Source of the DNA: Lama guanicoe
Taxonomy: Eukaryota
Assembly: GCA_013239625.1 (NCBI GenBank)
Contig: MU053994.1
Coordinates: 248,001-311,071 of the forward strand
Direction: 5' to 3'
DNA length: 63,071 nt
Shown here piece after piece: positions 41,169 through 54,724 of the stretch. The notes under the pieces are model-generated. The model made no database searches. It worked only from the letters and a program-made list of their open reading frames with translations, and was not told the origin of the DNA. Each line of letters starts with the position of its first letter. Position 1 is the first letter of the stretch. Position numbers and translations under genes: made by a program.

Positions 41169-41245
41169 TTACAGGACAATAGCAATGGCAAACACGTTGA
41201 CGATACAGTTCATGGTTCGGTTCTCCCATCTTACAGTACAGGTTC
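41169..41245 (-). CDS. DYNLT3: Dynein light chain Tctex-type 3, exon 5 (terminal)
   Basis: (G)TCTVRWENRTMNCIVNVFAIAIVL*; ttttcag| acceptor; TAA at 41171-41169. Confidence 0.97.
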
Positions 41246-41535
41246 CTGAAAACACACACACACAAAAAAGGACTTTGAAATACCAGCAAAACATCAAAAT
41301 TACCAGGGAATATATATACATTTTTTCAAAGGTTTTAATATCTTATTTCCTGGAACCTGTTAAATCTTTGCATTTCATATTTGTCTGAAGGCATACTTGT
41401 TACTAGGTACAAAGTAATTCTATTGATAAATTCTTATGAGGATTTAATTAGAGATAAATAAGAATCTGATAATAAGTGCACTATGTGACTTTGCTAGAAG
41501 CTGGATTTTGTTTGAATCAGCTTAAAGTCTCTTAC

Positions 41536-41613
41536 CATCAGATGTGGTGTCCCAAAAACATGAGCTGGCTGTGTGAAAGCCATATGCACTCCTCTGAACC
41601 ACTGCACAGGTCA
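41536..41613 (-). CDS. DYNLT3: DYNLT3 exon 4
   Basis: (V)TCAVVQRSAYGFHTASSCFWDTTSD; tttttag| and |gtaaga; 78 bp. Confidence 0.97.
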
Positions 41614-42250
41614 CTAAAAATAAAGTTGCTGAGTGAGAACAATTACAAAGGAAAAGATAACTGTTTGAGCTCAGAACTCTAAAAGCTATTTAAAAAATAA
41701 CAGAAAAGAAAGCATTCAGCCAAAATAAGTCTCTTGCCTCAGTGATCTACCACCACAATTTTGACCCCACTGCATAAAGCCTGTCTGTTGCCCCCGTGCC
41801 AAAACAATGGTGATTGTATTGCAGGAAAAGTCTGGGCCAAATTATGTGCCTTGTCCCATGGGCACAATTCAGACACAGAAACAAAGAAAAGATTCCACTT
41901 TACAATCATTGCTTGGCACTTCAAAGTCCTACATGTGAGAAGGCATGGGGCTACTGAAAGGAAGACAGGGTGAGGGAGTTTCAGAGGAAAGAGATAAGTG
42001 ATGCAAATGTAACAGATGATGCTACCAAAGACAAGTAGATGGTTGGCAGGAGCTCAAACTGCTTTTGAGTAGCAAAAGATCTCCATCTTTTAAGTATTAT
42101 CATAGATTATCTTTGGATAAGTAAGTCAGAAGTCCTTCATACCCTATTAGTATCCAACGTGAGTGTCTATCACTCATTTACATTCTCTAAATTCAGAGAA
42201 ACCACATGGACGAAAGTGAGTAAACTAGCAAGGAGGACGCTGATACTTAC

Positions 42251-42374
42251 CAATATACTTATAAGCTTTTCCCAGCTTAACCAGATGTGCTAAGGATTGT
42301 TCCACTATGCTTGCAGTCCATTGGTTAATGTTGTTCTGATTATAATCTTCACCTCCCAAGACTCCATCTATACA
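42251..42374 (-). CDS. DYNLT3: DYNLT3 exon 3
   Basis: CIDGVLGGEDYNQNNINQWTASIVEQSLAHLVKLGKAYKYI; tttttag| and |gtaagt; 124 bp. Confidence 0.97.
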
Positions 42375-42999
42375 CTAAAAAGGCAGAGGACAATTATACA
42401 AACTATACATACACTGCAGCAAAAAATAAAATACATTTATAACCCAATAAAACATCTTAGAAAATATGCACCTGGTAAATATTTTGCATTGTCGCTAACT
42501 GTTTTAGAATTTTCAAAGCATTTCCACATGCATTCTCTCACTCTGTGAGACATTATGGGCCATATAAAGATAACTGGGACATGGCCTCTACTGTAAAGAA
42601 CTTAACAATCTAAGAGAGAAGCTAATAAAAGAACTCTATAACACGAGGAAGACTAATCAAGGGTGATAAGCCATGTCATAAAAGGATTATGGGGGTGGAG
42701 ATTTTAAAAGGGTGCTATCAGTTGGTTAAAGAATGGCTTTGAAACAGCTGGGATTTGAACTAGGTTTCAGATGCTAGAAACAAAGGATGAAACCAATTTT
42801 GAAATATATTTCTCATGTACAATAATTATAACCTCATTTATATTATGTAACTGCTTAGCTATAAAACAATGAACACACTTGCCACTAAAAGTAAATAATC
42901 AGCAAACACTACTTTTCAGGTGCTCTAGAAGAAGTTAAAGAATATTCCACAGTGCTTACTTTCATCCACTTCTGAAGCTTGTTTAGGAGCACTCGTTTA

Positions 43000-43225
43000 G
43001 TATCACAGTTGTAGGTTCATGGTCACCTCTGCCACCTCCTCGCTGTGTGACCTTTTGCAAGTGACTTAATCTCTTGAAGCCCCTATTTTCCTTATCCTTA
43101 AAGTAGGGATAACAGCCTCATCTTATCAAGTTGTTGGGAGGATGGGGTGAGATAAGGAATGCCATGTGCTCATATACAGTCACTGCCGCAGAGTAGGCAT
43201 ATAAGTAATGATAGGTATCATCACC
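43000..43225 (+). mobile_element. MIR SINE in DYNLT3 intron 2
   Basis: ctctgccacctcctcgctgtgtgaccttttgcaagtgacttaatctc...aaagtagggataacag. Confidence 0.8.
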
Positions 43226-43254
43226 GTCATCATCATGATTGCTGCTGTTATTTT

Positions 43255-43650
43255 ATTTTTTCCAGTTTTATTGAGACATAAATGACATATAACATTGTGT
43301 GAGTTTAAGGTATACAACGTGATGATTTGTCACATGTTATATCATGAAACAATTACCACAATGAGGTTAGTTAACACATTCATTTCCTCACATAGTTACC
43401 GTGTGTGTCTGGTGAGGACACTTAAGATCTACTTTCAGCAACCTTCAATACAGTGTTGTTAACTATGGTCACCATGCTGTATACTAGCTCCTGAGAACTT
43501 ACTCATCTTATAACTAGAAGTTTGCACCCTTTGACCAACATTTCCCCACCCTGCGGCAATCACCATTCTACTTTCTGTTTCTGTAAGTTTGGTTTTTTTT
43601 TAAGATTCCACATATAAGTGAGATCATACAGTATTTGCCTTTCTCTGACT
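43255..43650 (-). mobile_element. L1MA-type 3' end fragment
   Basis: ttttattgagacataaatgacatataacattgtg...gtcaccatgctgtatac...aagattccacatataagtgagatcatacagtatttg. Confidence 0.8.
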
Positions 43651-46643
43651 TTTTTTGTTTCTATTATTTTTTATTCAAGTGATAGAGCCTGGAGAGTAAG
43701 ACACTCATTCAATTTATTTATAGAATCCAGCTTAATAAGACAGACACATACACACACTCACACAAGCACATGCAGGCAGCTTTCATTTACTACAATTGGA
43801 CTATAGTAAAGGTTCATAAAGGCACTAACTACTATGGAATCTTAAGCTGGATAGTATAAAATCTTCACTAATCATAAAATGTAGAAAGAGACATTAAATT
43901 TAGAGGGGTTGAAGGCAATAACGTAGCTCAAATTATTACCCTGGAATGTTCAGTAGCATGAAGAGTTAGGAGAGTCAGTGGCCCAAGGTCAGGGGAGCAG
44001 GGTTTTAATTCTGGCTTTACCATTCCCAAGCTGACAGCCTTTGGGAAACTTCTTCCTCCCCCGAGACCGCCTTTCCTTCATGGGAAACTAGGGGCGCTCG
44101 TTTCCTTTCCAGTTCTCCTCTAAACAACAGAAACATCAGGGGCCTGTGGACCCCACGGTAAATAGCCCTGCTAATGACTATTCATTAACATTTAGCCTTC
44201 TTAATTACCATTAACCAGGATACTAGATAATGAGGTCTTTAACCTGCTCTGTGGTCCCAGGGCCAAACTCGGCCTGGACACGTAGCAGGCACACAATATA
44301 TGTTTGACGTTGAGGTAGTAACTGGCTTTGGTATACTCTCTGGGTATCCTGAATCAAATACATGTTAGATTAAGCTGCAAGTTAATTCTATTTGTAACTC
44401 ACTTTTTCAGTGAAAATTTGTTTCTGGGCAAATTCTTTTATTGACAGTAAATAAAATACATACATATCACTGATAGGTGAGTGGCTCTAAGACTTCAGCA
44501 GGAAAAAATATATAAGTACAGGAACTCAGAGCAAGGAATGTAAGGAAAGAAAATAAGGAGATCAGCCAAAGAGAAACAGAAATGCCTGCTGAAACTATAC
44601 AATCATCTGGGAAGTGCTGAAAAGTTTTCACATGGTGCGCGCATGCTCTCTCTCTCTCTCAAAGCCTTTCTAATGCCTCAGTGGCAAAGAGACATGGCTC
44701 ACAGGGACAGAGGGGAGGGAAGAGAATAGACAGGTAGCTGAAAGCCACCTGTGGCAAACCTGACATGTCTTTGAAGTCTCAGATTTCATATGAACATTTC
44801 ACATGAAGCTGGCTTTTGACTCCATAATGTATCAGTTTGTTTTTATTTTAAAATGGTGTTAAATTATTTATATTACTTAACTCTCTCATGCAAGGAGGTA
44901 AGCAAAACTGATGCTCTAAAACGCACCCAGTGGCTTTTAGGACCACCTAGCCACCGTCAAGTATGTGTATCGCATTTTAAGAAGCATGGTTCTTTTAACT
45001 GAATAAACTATCAAAGTAATACATGCCTTTGGTTTTAAAAATCAAACAGAATAGAAGAACTTACAATGAAAAGCAAGAATCCCATCCCTACCTGTTTCCA
45101 TCCCCAGTCTCCTTCCCCAGAGGAAACAGCTTTGGGGTACAACTGTTTTTTACCTCTTAAGGGTCACTTATATGTCGGCAAGTGTTTATATCACGAGTTC
45201 TTGATTTATGAATTATACACAACATCCTTAGAGCTCCTGCTATGATAGATGAAAATTTAGTTCTCTGAGACCACCTGCCAACTCCTACCTCTGCCCCCAT
45301 CCCCTACTTCCCTCAGTGCAGTGAATTCACTCTTTTTACTTCAGTATATTTACACCATTAGGAGCATGCTTCTTTTCTATTCCAGATGTTTCCTTCTGCA
45401 CAGAGCATTTTTCCTTATCATCCCTGGCCTTTTGTCCCACCTGTTATTTTTCCTCTCCATGGGGGTGGAGCGAGCTGCCGGTTGGTGGGTGACAACCATT
45501 GTTTCACCCTTCTCATCTGGGATAGCCCATCTCCCAATGCCTTGGACATGGGTATTTGGCTCCTCCTCCCTCCACCCAGACCAATGAAAGGCACCAGCCT
45601 GGCTAAGAGTTTCTTTCTGCTGACTCAGATTTTCCCTTGGATGCCTTTTCCAACGTCTGAATTGACCAGGTAGGGAGTTAGCAAAACGAGCTCCAATCTC
45701 CAACCCAGTCTTTATCAGTAATAACTGCGATGTTTTGTTCTCTTTCTACTGACTCTTTGGTCTTTTCATTTGGTTCGGAACATGGGTAAAGAAGGTATCA
45801 TTTAAAAGACTCCTCAAATACCCCAGCATCCTTTTCTTCATTTCCCAACCACCAAGGACAGTCTGTCTTGACTTTCCACTTTGAAAAATGAGGCTGTCAT
45901 CATCCTGCCCGTCCCATGACCTCCATCCGTTGCAGGATTTTCAGGTGCATATCCAGCCCTCTCAGACCTCAGGTTGATCCTAGTTGTACAAGGCCAGCCC
46001 AGGGTGAGTTCCGGGTGAGCTCATGCCCTGAGCATTCAGGCAGGTAAGGCAATGTCTCAGGATGGACTGATGAGGTGTTCAGTGCACAGAGGGGCGGGCC
46101 AATCCAGCCAAGCCAAAAGGTAGGCAGAGCCTGTTTGGACACAGACCCCAACAGCCATTCCCGCAATACAAGCCTGCCTTCTGGGCCAGCTCATTTTTCT
46201 CTCGGATTTGGCAGTTAAAAATGACTCAGGACTATTAAAATTGTTCATAAATACCTTACCCACAGTGTAGTCTGGTTGTGATACCACTAGAATAATTAAA
46301 GTTCCTCTGCCAGAATTGATTCCCAAAGAGAACATCTTGTGTATTTGCCTAACACGAGGACCAGATGTCATGTTTCAAATATTGTTCTTAAGATTTTGAT
46401 TTACTATCATATGTGTCTAAAAGGTGTTAAGGGATTATTTTTCCAATTATATTGAGCGTAAAAAAAGCATATAATAACTCAAAGCAGATATTTCTAGGGT
46501 CTTTTATTTACTTGATATATATATGTATATACTACAATTATATGTTTATTATACTATACATATAATTTACCTATACACATATAATTTCTTCTATACATAT
46601 AATTTACCTATACACTTTTACAGCATTAACATTTAAAATAATA

Positions 46644-46787
46644 TTAAAAAAATTTTTTTGTTTTTTTTTGCAGGGGGGAGGTAATTAGGGTTATTTATTT
46701 ATTTTTTTAATGGCGGTACTGGGGATTGAACCCAGGACCTTGTATATGATAAGCATGTGCTCTGCCACTGAGCTATACTTTCCCCTC
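46644..46787 (-). mobile_element. tRNA-derived SINE (vic-1-like) in DYNLT3 intron 2
   Basis: Reverse complement of the 35363 family; 11-bp TSD ttaaaataata at 46633-46643 and 46788-46798. Confidence 0.92.
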
Positions 46788-47085
46788 TTAAAATAATAGT
46801 TGACCCATGGAATACAAGTTCTTTTATTCAAAAGACAGAGAATCAATTTTAGAAAACAGCAAACCAGTTTTCTAGACCAGTACTTAAACATCACTTTCAG
46901 ACTAAGCCCCAAGATGCCCGACAGCATCCAACACAACATAGACACACCCCTATAAAGAATTAGTAACTATTAAAAATCTTGTTTTAATACCAAGGTTTCT
47001 AACTTTGTACTGAAAGTCAAAACACAGCTTTTAAAAATTTCAATCAATGCATGAGCCTTTAAGATGAACAAGATATAGAACTCAC

Positions 47086-47127
47086 CTCCTTAACAATATT
47101 GTGGGCTTCATCAGCATTGAAGCCAAC
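47086..47127 (-). CDS. DYNLT3: DYNLT3 exon 2
   Basis: VGFNADEAHNIVKE; ctctttag| and |gtgagt; 42 bp. Confidence 0.96.
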
Positions 47128-48769
47128 CTAAAGAGGGAGAACAAAAGATAAAGTTGCTTTCAACACAGACGTCCTTTTCCTGGTAGACTATGATGTTACA
47201 CAGAATACCCTAGGCTGGCCTAGACAGGTGTTAGTGACAGGAGACCACAGTGAAAAGGGGCAGCAAGTCTGCTGAATCTACTAATCCCACCCTGATCACC
47301 TCTGAAATCGCAAAATGCTTTCCCCACCTACCTCCCTGGAGATTTTGATGCATTATGTTGAGACAAAGCCTGGGCAACTACATTTTTTTTTAAAGTGCTT
47401 TACTGGTAATTCTGATGAACATCTGAGATTGAGGATCATTGTATTGTAAAGCTCAGGAAATAGCAGAAGGTGGATATAAGGATGTATGTGTTATCAGTAC
47501 ACAGCATATGGTTGCAGCTAAGTGAGAATGAGGTGGATCATGAGAAAAAAATGCTGAATAGATAATTTTCTATTTTTTTTAACTTATGCTTGGCAAAAAT
47601 GTGGCTTTCCTAAGTTAAAGGTTATGAAAATACTTGATCATTCCAAATTAATGTCACTTTAATACATAATAGGTCTGGCAACTTAGTCTTTCCTGTGGAG
47701 ATACAAGTTTGATACAGTCTCGAGTTAAAAGCAAGTATTTTATCTTTGTTTTATATTAAAAAAAGATTCTGTTGGAAAATAAAACTAGCCCATGCTTTGC
47801 AAAAAAAAAAAGCAAGTATTAATGACAAGGAAGTGTCCAAGAGTAGAGAACTAGGCTATGTGACAAGATTGCAGTCTAAACCAAAACACTTCAGGTAATA
47901 CATGCTTTGTTTCTATGGAGATATTTTTAGGTGCTTTATGATATCGGGTTTGTAAATCCCACTGCACAACTTAAAATTAGTTCAAAAGCAAGTAAATTCT
48001 AAAAATAAGTCTCATCTTGAGTACAGATTTAAAATAGTTTCAACTCATTTAATTACACCAGATAATTCCCCAACAACAAAAGAATAAAAATACCCTAAAT
48101 AATTAGGAATATATCATGAAAACAGGTCTCACAACTGACCCTATTAAAATGATCATTTTACCTTAAAGTAAGGTCCTTATCTATTTTCAAAAATGGCCTA
48201 CAAATTAAATGATGTCCATTTCTGGAAGGTCACCAGATAATCAGGTTGTACTGGGTGGCCACCGATGCTACCTGCATCATAGAAGTTATGAATTTAAATA
48301 TGGTCTTAGTTTCTGCAGAAGCCCACGCCCTAAAGATGAATGGTTCAGAAACCCCTTCCAGTAGTCTAATAATACACCATTTTATGCTGCAACTCCACCA
48401 CGTGCCTGTCTACTTTTATTTCACCGCACCATTCACCTGTGGCCACCACTGGGCAGAAAATGTCTTTGTTCTGCCCTGTCACAGGTTATGCTGGGATCCA
48501 ACAGGCCTCATCCTCGTCATGGTTAAAGTGAAACCAGAGTTGTAGTTGTGTAAGTCAGAGGCCCGGGTTCAAGCAGAGCATCTGTCATTCCTGGCAGTTC
48601 TAACTTTGAGCAAGTCACTTAGGCGCCATGAAAGTCAGAGTACCCCATCAGTAACAGGAAGATGACAACTGACATCACGGGGCTCTGGTGAGGTTTCGTG
48701 GAAGCCAGAGTCAGTAAGCAAGAGCTCCTAATCCATAAAGCACCTCCTTCCAGACCACCCAGGGGAGAG

Positions 48770-49470
48770 TGCCCGGGAGCAGGAGCGGCTATGTCACCTG
48801 GGCCTCGCTTGGCGGGGATGCGGCACCTGCTTTGGGGACACTAAAGGGCGGAGGAAGCAGCCGGGGAGACCGGTTTCCAAGGCCCGCCCGGCAGAAGGGC
48901 GGCTCCCGCCACCCCATCCACACCCCATGCACCGCACCCTGAGTCAGGCATTCCACCCCTAGACCCCGACCCCACCGCCGGTCCCCAGTACTCCCCCATC
49001 CTTCCACCCCGACTCTCAGCCCACCCTCAGGGCCTCCGGGTGGGGAGCCGGGGATGGGCGAGGCGGATCCCCGGCCCCGAGGAGAGGACCCGGGCTCGGA
49101 GGACGCCGCACCCCAACTCTCGGGGACACCTGGCGCCGGGAGACCACCCGGCGGAGGCCAGACGCCGAGGCGGGCGGGGGCGGGGGGCGCTGGAGGGCGG
49201 CAGAGGGGCGGTACCTCGTCGCAGGGGCGGTGGTACTCCTCCATGGTGGCGCCGGCTCTCCCGGGGGGGCGGAGCGACGGGCGGGTCGAGCTCCGCGGCC
49301 GCGCACTGGCCTCCAGGGAGACCCCGCCCCCGTTTATGCCCCGGGGCGTGCCCCACGCAGGCCCCGCCTTTGCGTCGCAGTGACACCACCTTCCTGGCCC
49401 CCCCTCCCTTTTCCCTCCTCTTTTACCCGCAGGGTTCCCGTGGCGGGAACCGTCTTCCCGCTGCCTTTCG
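48770..49470 (-). promoter_or_regulatory. DYNLT3: CpG island / DYNLT3 promoter
   Basis: Very GC/CpG-rich; minus-strand GC boxes (ggggcgggg ~49322-49330 and ~49362-49368) and TATA-like CATAAA at ~49333-49338. Confidence 0.88.
49215..49244 (-). CDS. DYNLT3: DYNLT3 exon 1 coding part
   Basis: Strong Kozak gccaccATGG; MEEYHRPCDE then donor |gtaccg; the five exons sum to 351 bp = 116 aa + stop. Confidence 0.96.
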
Positions 49471-50098
49471 ACCTCTCAGAAAATGAGGGATGGGTGTTAA
49501 AGAGCTGGAATTTGTGCTCATGTGGTTCAAATAGGGTGTCAGTCTGTCTAGACTCCGTATTATTGACTGAGTGCCCACTGGCCTGGTTATTTGCACATAT
49601 TCGTACATCATCATCCAGCAAATAAGTGTAGTGAATGCAATGGTGAACCAGCCGCCTTGATTTGTCTTCTTACTAGCTATGTCACTTGGAAAAATTAACC
49701 TCCCACCGTCTCAGTCTTCTCGTATGAAAACAAAATTATACCTATTTCATGGTTAGTTGTGAGGATTAAATAAGATGCTGTATATATTCCCCCTCCTAAA
49801 GTAGATGCTCTTAGACCCCTCCTCCTCCATGACTATGTAAATAAAAATATTTGATTTATAGGCAAGAAGGTACAAATATACTAAATTAAATTATAAATCT
49901 TAGCAGAGCAGTGGTTAAATTTATTTCAAAATTACAAAATGTTAGATAAGCCTAAGGATTTTCTCATTTAAACCCATGACAACCCAGCAGGTTTGGTTCT
50001 CAAGATGAAACTAAGGTACAGAGAGTTGAAGTAATTTACCCAAGGTCATATATCCAGTAAGTAGTAGAAAGATTTCAACTCAAATAGACTGATAGCAG

Positions 50099-50756
50099 TG
50101 TTGCCAGTGGATGTACCTGGTGTTCCAGGTTCTTGTCCCATCCCAGAAAGAATTCAGAGACAAGATGCGGAGGTTAAGAAACTAAAGTGAGGATTCATTA
50201 AGGGATGGATACTACACTTTGAAAGGGAGAGCAGGCAGGCTCAGGAAAGCAGCTGCCCTGTGTTTCTTTGGCAAGTTGGTTACATAGACTGTAAAAATGA
50301 ATAGGCAGAATATTCACTAGGGAGGGAAGGAATCTAGGGTCATATTCTCCGATTTTCATCCCAGCTCCACCTTCCCAAAAGGAGAAGAGATTTTTGTCCG
50401 TATTTAGTCTGGATTGGAAGTGTCATGGCATCAGTGCATGATGGGTACCTTTAATCTGCAAGGCTAGATTTACTGAAATAAGGACATAATGAACAAAAGG
50501 TTACATTTGGACACTGGAGATTCCTGCCTTTTCTCACCTTTCTTTGTTGGCCCCAGGCCGCTCATCACCCCAAAAGTTGTGACCACTTATCAGCCCAGAG
50601 GTTCCTGCTTTTCTTTCTCTGCCCAGGGACCCCTGGTGCTTACATGATGCATGGTTTCCTGCATTTTGCCCGTGCCCCTCCTTTCTGCCCAATTCCTGCC
50701 TTTTGGCCTGTGTCCCCCTTTCTCTGCTCATATCTAGCTATCTGCCTGCTCTAACA
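50099..50756 (-). mobile_element. ERV1-type solo LTR
   Basis: TG...CA termini (tgttgcc...ctctaaca); near-identical 4-bp flanks gcag/gcaa; orientation inferred from motif order. Confidence 0.75.
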
Positions 50757-50779
50757 GCAACACTCAAGTTCTTAAACAC

Positions 50780-51143
50780 TGTATTAGTTTCCTGTTGCTA
50801 CTGTAACAAATTATGAAAACGAGTCTGCAGGACTGTGTTCCCTTTGGAGGCTCTAGGGAAGAATTCATTTCCTTCGCTTTTCCAGCTTCTAGAAACTGCC
50901 TGCATTTTTTGGTGTAAGATCCCTTCCTCTATCTTCAAACCCAGCAGTTTAGCATCATTTATCCTTGCTGACTTCTACTTCTATCCTCGTGTCTTCTTGT
51001 CCTGTCTTGCTCTCAAGATCCTTAATGTAATCATATCTGCAACGTACATGCCTTTTGCCATGCAAGGTCATATGTTCACATGGTCAGGGATTCAGATGTG
51101 GACATCTTTTTTAGGGAGAGTCATTATTCAGCTTACCACAACC
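50780..51143 (-). mobile_element. MaLR (MLT1-type) LTR
   Basis: tgtattagtttcctgttgctactgtaacaaatta...ggaggctctagggaagaattc...attattcagcttaccaca. Confidence 0.8.
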
Positions 51144-51778
51144 ACTGTTCTGTTTTTTTCCTCAAAAATCAAAGTTGGAGGGTTCATTAGTCATCTAGTC
51201 CAACTCTTATTTTACAAGTAAAACTGCAGCTCAGAGAGGTGAAGTAAGTTGTACAAGGGCACGGAGCTGTTAACTGAACCCCTAGGTTTCTGACTTTCAG
51301 GCCCCTCCCTTCTCTGCTCTCACTTTATGAGCTTAGAACAAAATTGGCCTGTTTACCTGATGATGTGTAGTTTGTTACTGGTTCTTCTGAGTTATAGATC
51401 ATCAAGATTACTGTAGAAAAGCAATTGCAATTCATAGAGGAAGTGTATTTCTCCTTTTTCAGGACTTTTTTTTATACAAAGTTATTCTCCTGTGAGCAAT
51501 TTCAATATCATATGAGGTGACTTAGTGTTGTTCTTGTTAACCCCTTACTTCCCAAAGAATTGTTTCTGTATCTAGGTAGGTCAAATACAGAAATAAAACA
51601 AAAAATCTTAAAACTACAAGGACCACTCTATCATATCTTGGGTTTATGATGTGTGGTAATGAAACTGAGTTCCTTTGCCTAGTTTATGATTAACCTCTCT
51701 ATCCAAAACTTTGTTCCCTTTCTTGTTCTGTACCTGTTCCTCCACAGAATTGGGGAGTATCAAAGAACAGGGTGGAAT

Positions 51779-52014
51779 TGTAACTGAGCAGGACCTTATG
51801 GGGCCTTTTCAGGATAGATGCCCTCCTCCAACCATGTCCTCCACATGCCTCTTGTTGGGAAAACTTTAGCCTTCTAGGCCTTCCCCAAATTCCAAAAAAA
51901 TCAGAGAAGTGAGAAAAAGCAGAAACAAAGGAAAACAGTCAAGCAAGACAAAATAATAATAGTTTAGCCATTAAACAAAGTCAAGGACCTTTATTTTCTT
52001 CTCAAGGGCTATAG
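51779..52014 (+). mobile_element. ERV LTR 5' fragment
   Basis: tgtaactgagcaggaccttatggggcc...aaacaaagtcaaggacc...ctcaagggctatag resembles a cetartiodactyl LTR start. Confidence 0.6.
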
Positions 52015-53971
52015 CAACACACAGCCCTACCAAGTATTTGGCTTCCTAACATGACAGTCTTAGGGTATTCAGACATCTTACCTGGAAGCTCAAGTTTCCA
52101 AGTGTGAGTGTTCCATTAAGCAAGGCAGAAGCTATACCTTCTTTTGGTCTCACAAGTCCTTCTAGTCTGACGAATCACGCCGCATCATTTCCACCATACT
52201 CTAATCACTGAAGCAGTCACAGCCCACTCAGACTCGATAGGAGGGAACATGGAACCTACCTTTCAATGGCAGAACTGTCAAATAATTTGGGGGCCATGCT
52301 TTAAAATCACCACAGCTTTATTAATTTAGTATCTTGGTTGCAAGTAACAGAAGATTCAAGTAAGATGGGCTGAAATAATAAGGACATTTGTTTTCGGGCA
52401 TAGAGATGTTCCACATTGGTTCAGCTGCTCAACAATTTTTTGGGAGCCTCTTTGCTTTCCATCTTTCCATTCTACTATCCTCAGCATATGAGCAGTCGTT
52501 AGTCATGGTCACACGTGGCTGCAGCAAATGGTATCACAAGGAATAAATGTATCACATTCAATGAAGAAAATGGACATTGACTTGGGTTGATCAATTTTTC
52601 TTAGGAAGGCTAATCTTTCCTTCAAGTACCCAGGAGTCTTCTCCTCAGGTACCCTTGGCCAACATTGGGTCACATGATTCCTCCCTTGGCAAAACCTATG
52701 GAGAAAACGTTTGGCATTTTTTCTTCTATGATGAAAAGTGAATGCTGTTAGAGAGGAAAAAGGGATGTGAAATAATATTTGGTCAGAAAGTCCTTACCAA
52801 CTATTTTCATGCTGTGGTCCATATATGAAAGACAGTAATAATTGTGCTTGACACTGGAATTTGGCACAACATTGTAAAATGACTATAACTCAAAAAAATG
52901 TTAAAAAAAAGTATTTCATTTTTCTGCAAAAAAAAAGAGTCATATTTGCATAGTACATTGGGGTAAACGAGAGGGGCTTTGGAGACATCTTTATGGTGTT
53001 TAGTGAAAAATTATTTTCTTTAAGTTATATAATTCTAAGGGAAAAAAAGTAGAAAAGGTGTTAAAAATTGAATTTGTGAAAACTTCCAAATGAAATCTTT
53101 CAAATCCTTTAATGAGACTCTCAAGTTTGCTTTCATGAACATAGCATTTTATATCTGGGCTTTTGCTTAAAATAGCTATAAGCAATTTCTGTTTCAGAGA
53201 TTTTAATAATTATTTTTCCTCTAAATCTTAATAGATTCTATTGTTGAGAAGTGTGCTTCATAGAAGTAACTGTGAAAACATTTAGACCCATTTCACAAAC
53301 CATTCAAATTATATGTCAAGGCTTCTATAATGGTAGTCTGAGTAATTAGGACTAACCCTTTCACTGCCAATTGGGAAGGTTGTACAAAATACAATCAGCG
53401 TTTGCTCAAAGAAATTGGAGTTTTAATGATATGGAGAAGAATTATGGATCTAAGGCCTGGAGAAGAATGAACCCTCGAAGCATAAACAGGGCATTTGGGA
53501 AAGATTTTCCCCCTGGCAGGAGAGAGGATGCAAAACGTTTTGCTCATGGGCCAAGAGGTAAAATAATCAGATTCCATGCCTTGTCAAGGAGGAGTTCTCT
53601 GCTAAAAATCCTATTTTGGGTTGAGAATCCAAGGACTACACCCTAGGAAAAGGGTGTAAAACAATGAAACTTGATCTCGCAGGCACCAAAGCTCAGGTTT
53701 AAATTATATCAATTCCTGAAATCGAATTAAGGTGATCTGGCGTGGCTAATGCCTGCAGCCAACTTCCAGAAGCAAATGTAAATTCTTTTCGGAGGAAGAA
53801 AACATTATCCTAGGCCTCAAATTAGGTATATCATTGTTCACATACATCATCAGGTGCACAATAAAATATAACTAGGCACATAAAGAGACAAAACAATGTC
53901 ATCATAAATCAATAGACAATGGGAACAACTCAACCAGGGATGTAGATGTGGAATTATCAGAAATAGACTTT

Positions 53972-54098
53972 TTTTTTTTTAAATTGGGGGGGAGGCAATT
54001 AAGTTTATTTTTTCAATTTTATTTATTTATTTACTTTAATGGAGGTACTGAGGAGCAAACCTAGGACCTTGTGCATGCTAAGCACGCACTCTACCCCT
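53972..54098 (-). mobile_element. tRNA-derived SINE (vic-1-like), slightly 5' truncated, inserted in an old L1 ORF1 remnant
   Basis: 13-bp TSD agaaatagacttt at 53959-53971 and 54099-54111. Confidence 0.9.
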
Positions 54099-54724
54099 AG
54101 AAATAGACTTTAAAATAACTATGCTTAATGTATTTAAAGAGATAAGATAAGATTGAGAATTTCCTCAAAGAACTGGAAACTATGGAAAATATCCAAATGG
54201 AATTTCTGGAACTGGGAAATACAATAACCAAAATAAAAACTTAAAGGATGGGTTCAATAGTAGTTTAAACAAAACTGAAGATTTAATTAGTAAAAATGTT
54301 TAAATAGGTCACAAGAAAATATTCAGAATGAGGCATAAATGAATGTAAAATACATAAGAAATCATAGAAACAAAAAGAATACCATAAGAATGTTTAACAT
54401 ACATAATTGGAGTCCCAATAGGAGATAAGGGTATGGACAGAAAAATATTTTATGAAATAATAGCTGAAGATCTTACAAAAATGGTTGAAGAATTTTATTA
54501 ATCAGGTCTTCCACAGGAAGCAGAGGAACACTCAAAATATCATAATTCAATAAGAATTTCTTTACAATGATGTGTGTTGGGGAGGTAGGTATGGGAGATC
54601 CAAAATGAATAGTTCAGGAACCTGATACAGTCTACCACTTTTGCCCCTCAGCATTCATCTTCTTGACCAGCTACGGAGGCAGAGATTATTTCGTATTATT
54701 TGATCCTCTCACCTCTTTTTTAAT

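Noticed and set aside
46060..46095. Hammerhead-like ctgatgag motif
   Set aside because: No matching GAAA core or convincing three-stem pairing
48789..49625. Several overlapping 95-150 aa ORFs around the DYNLT3 start
   Set aside because: CpG-island ORFs caused by stop-codon scarcity; only the first 10 codons of 49244- are coding, and the rest reads into intron 1
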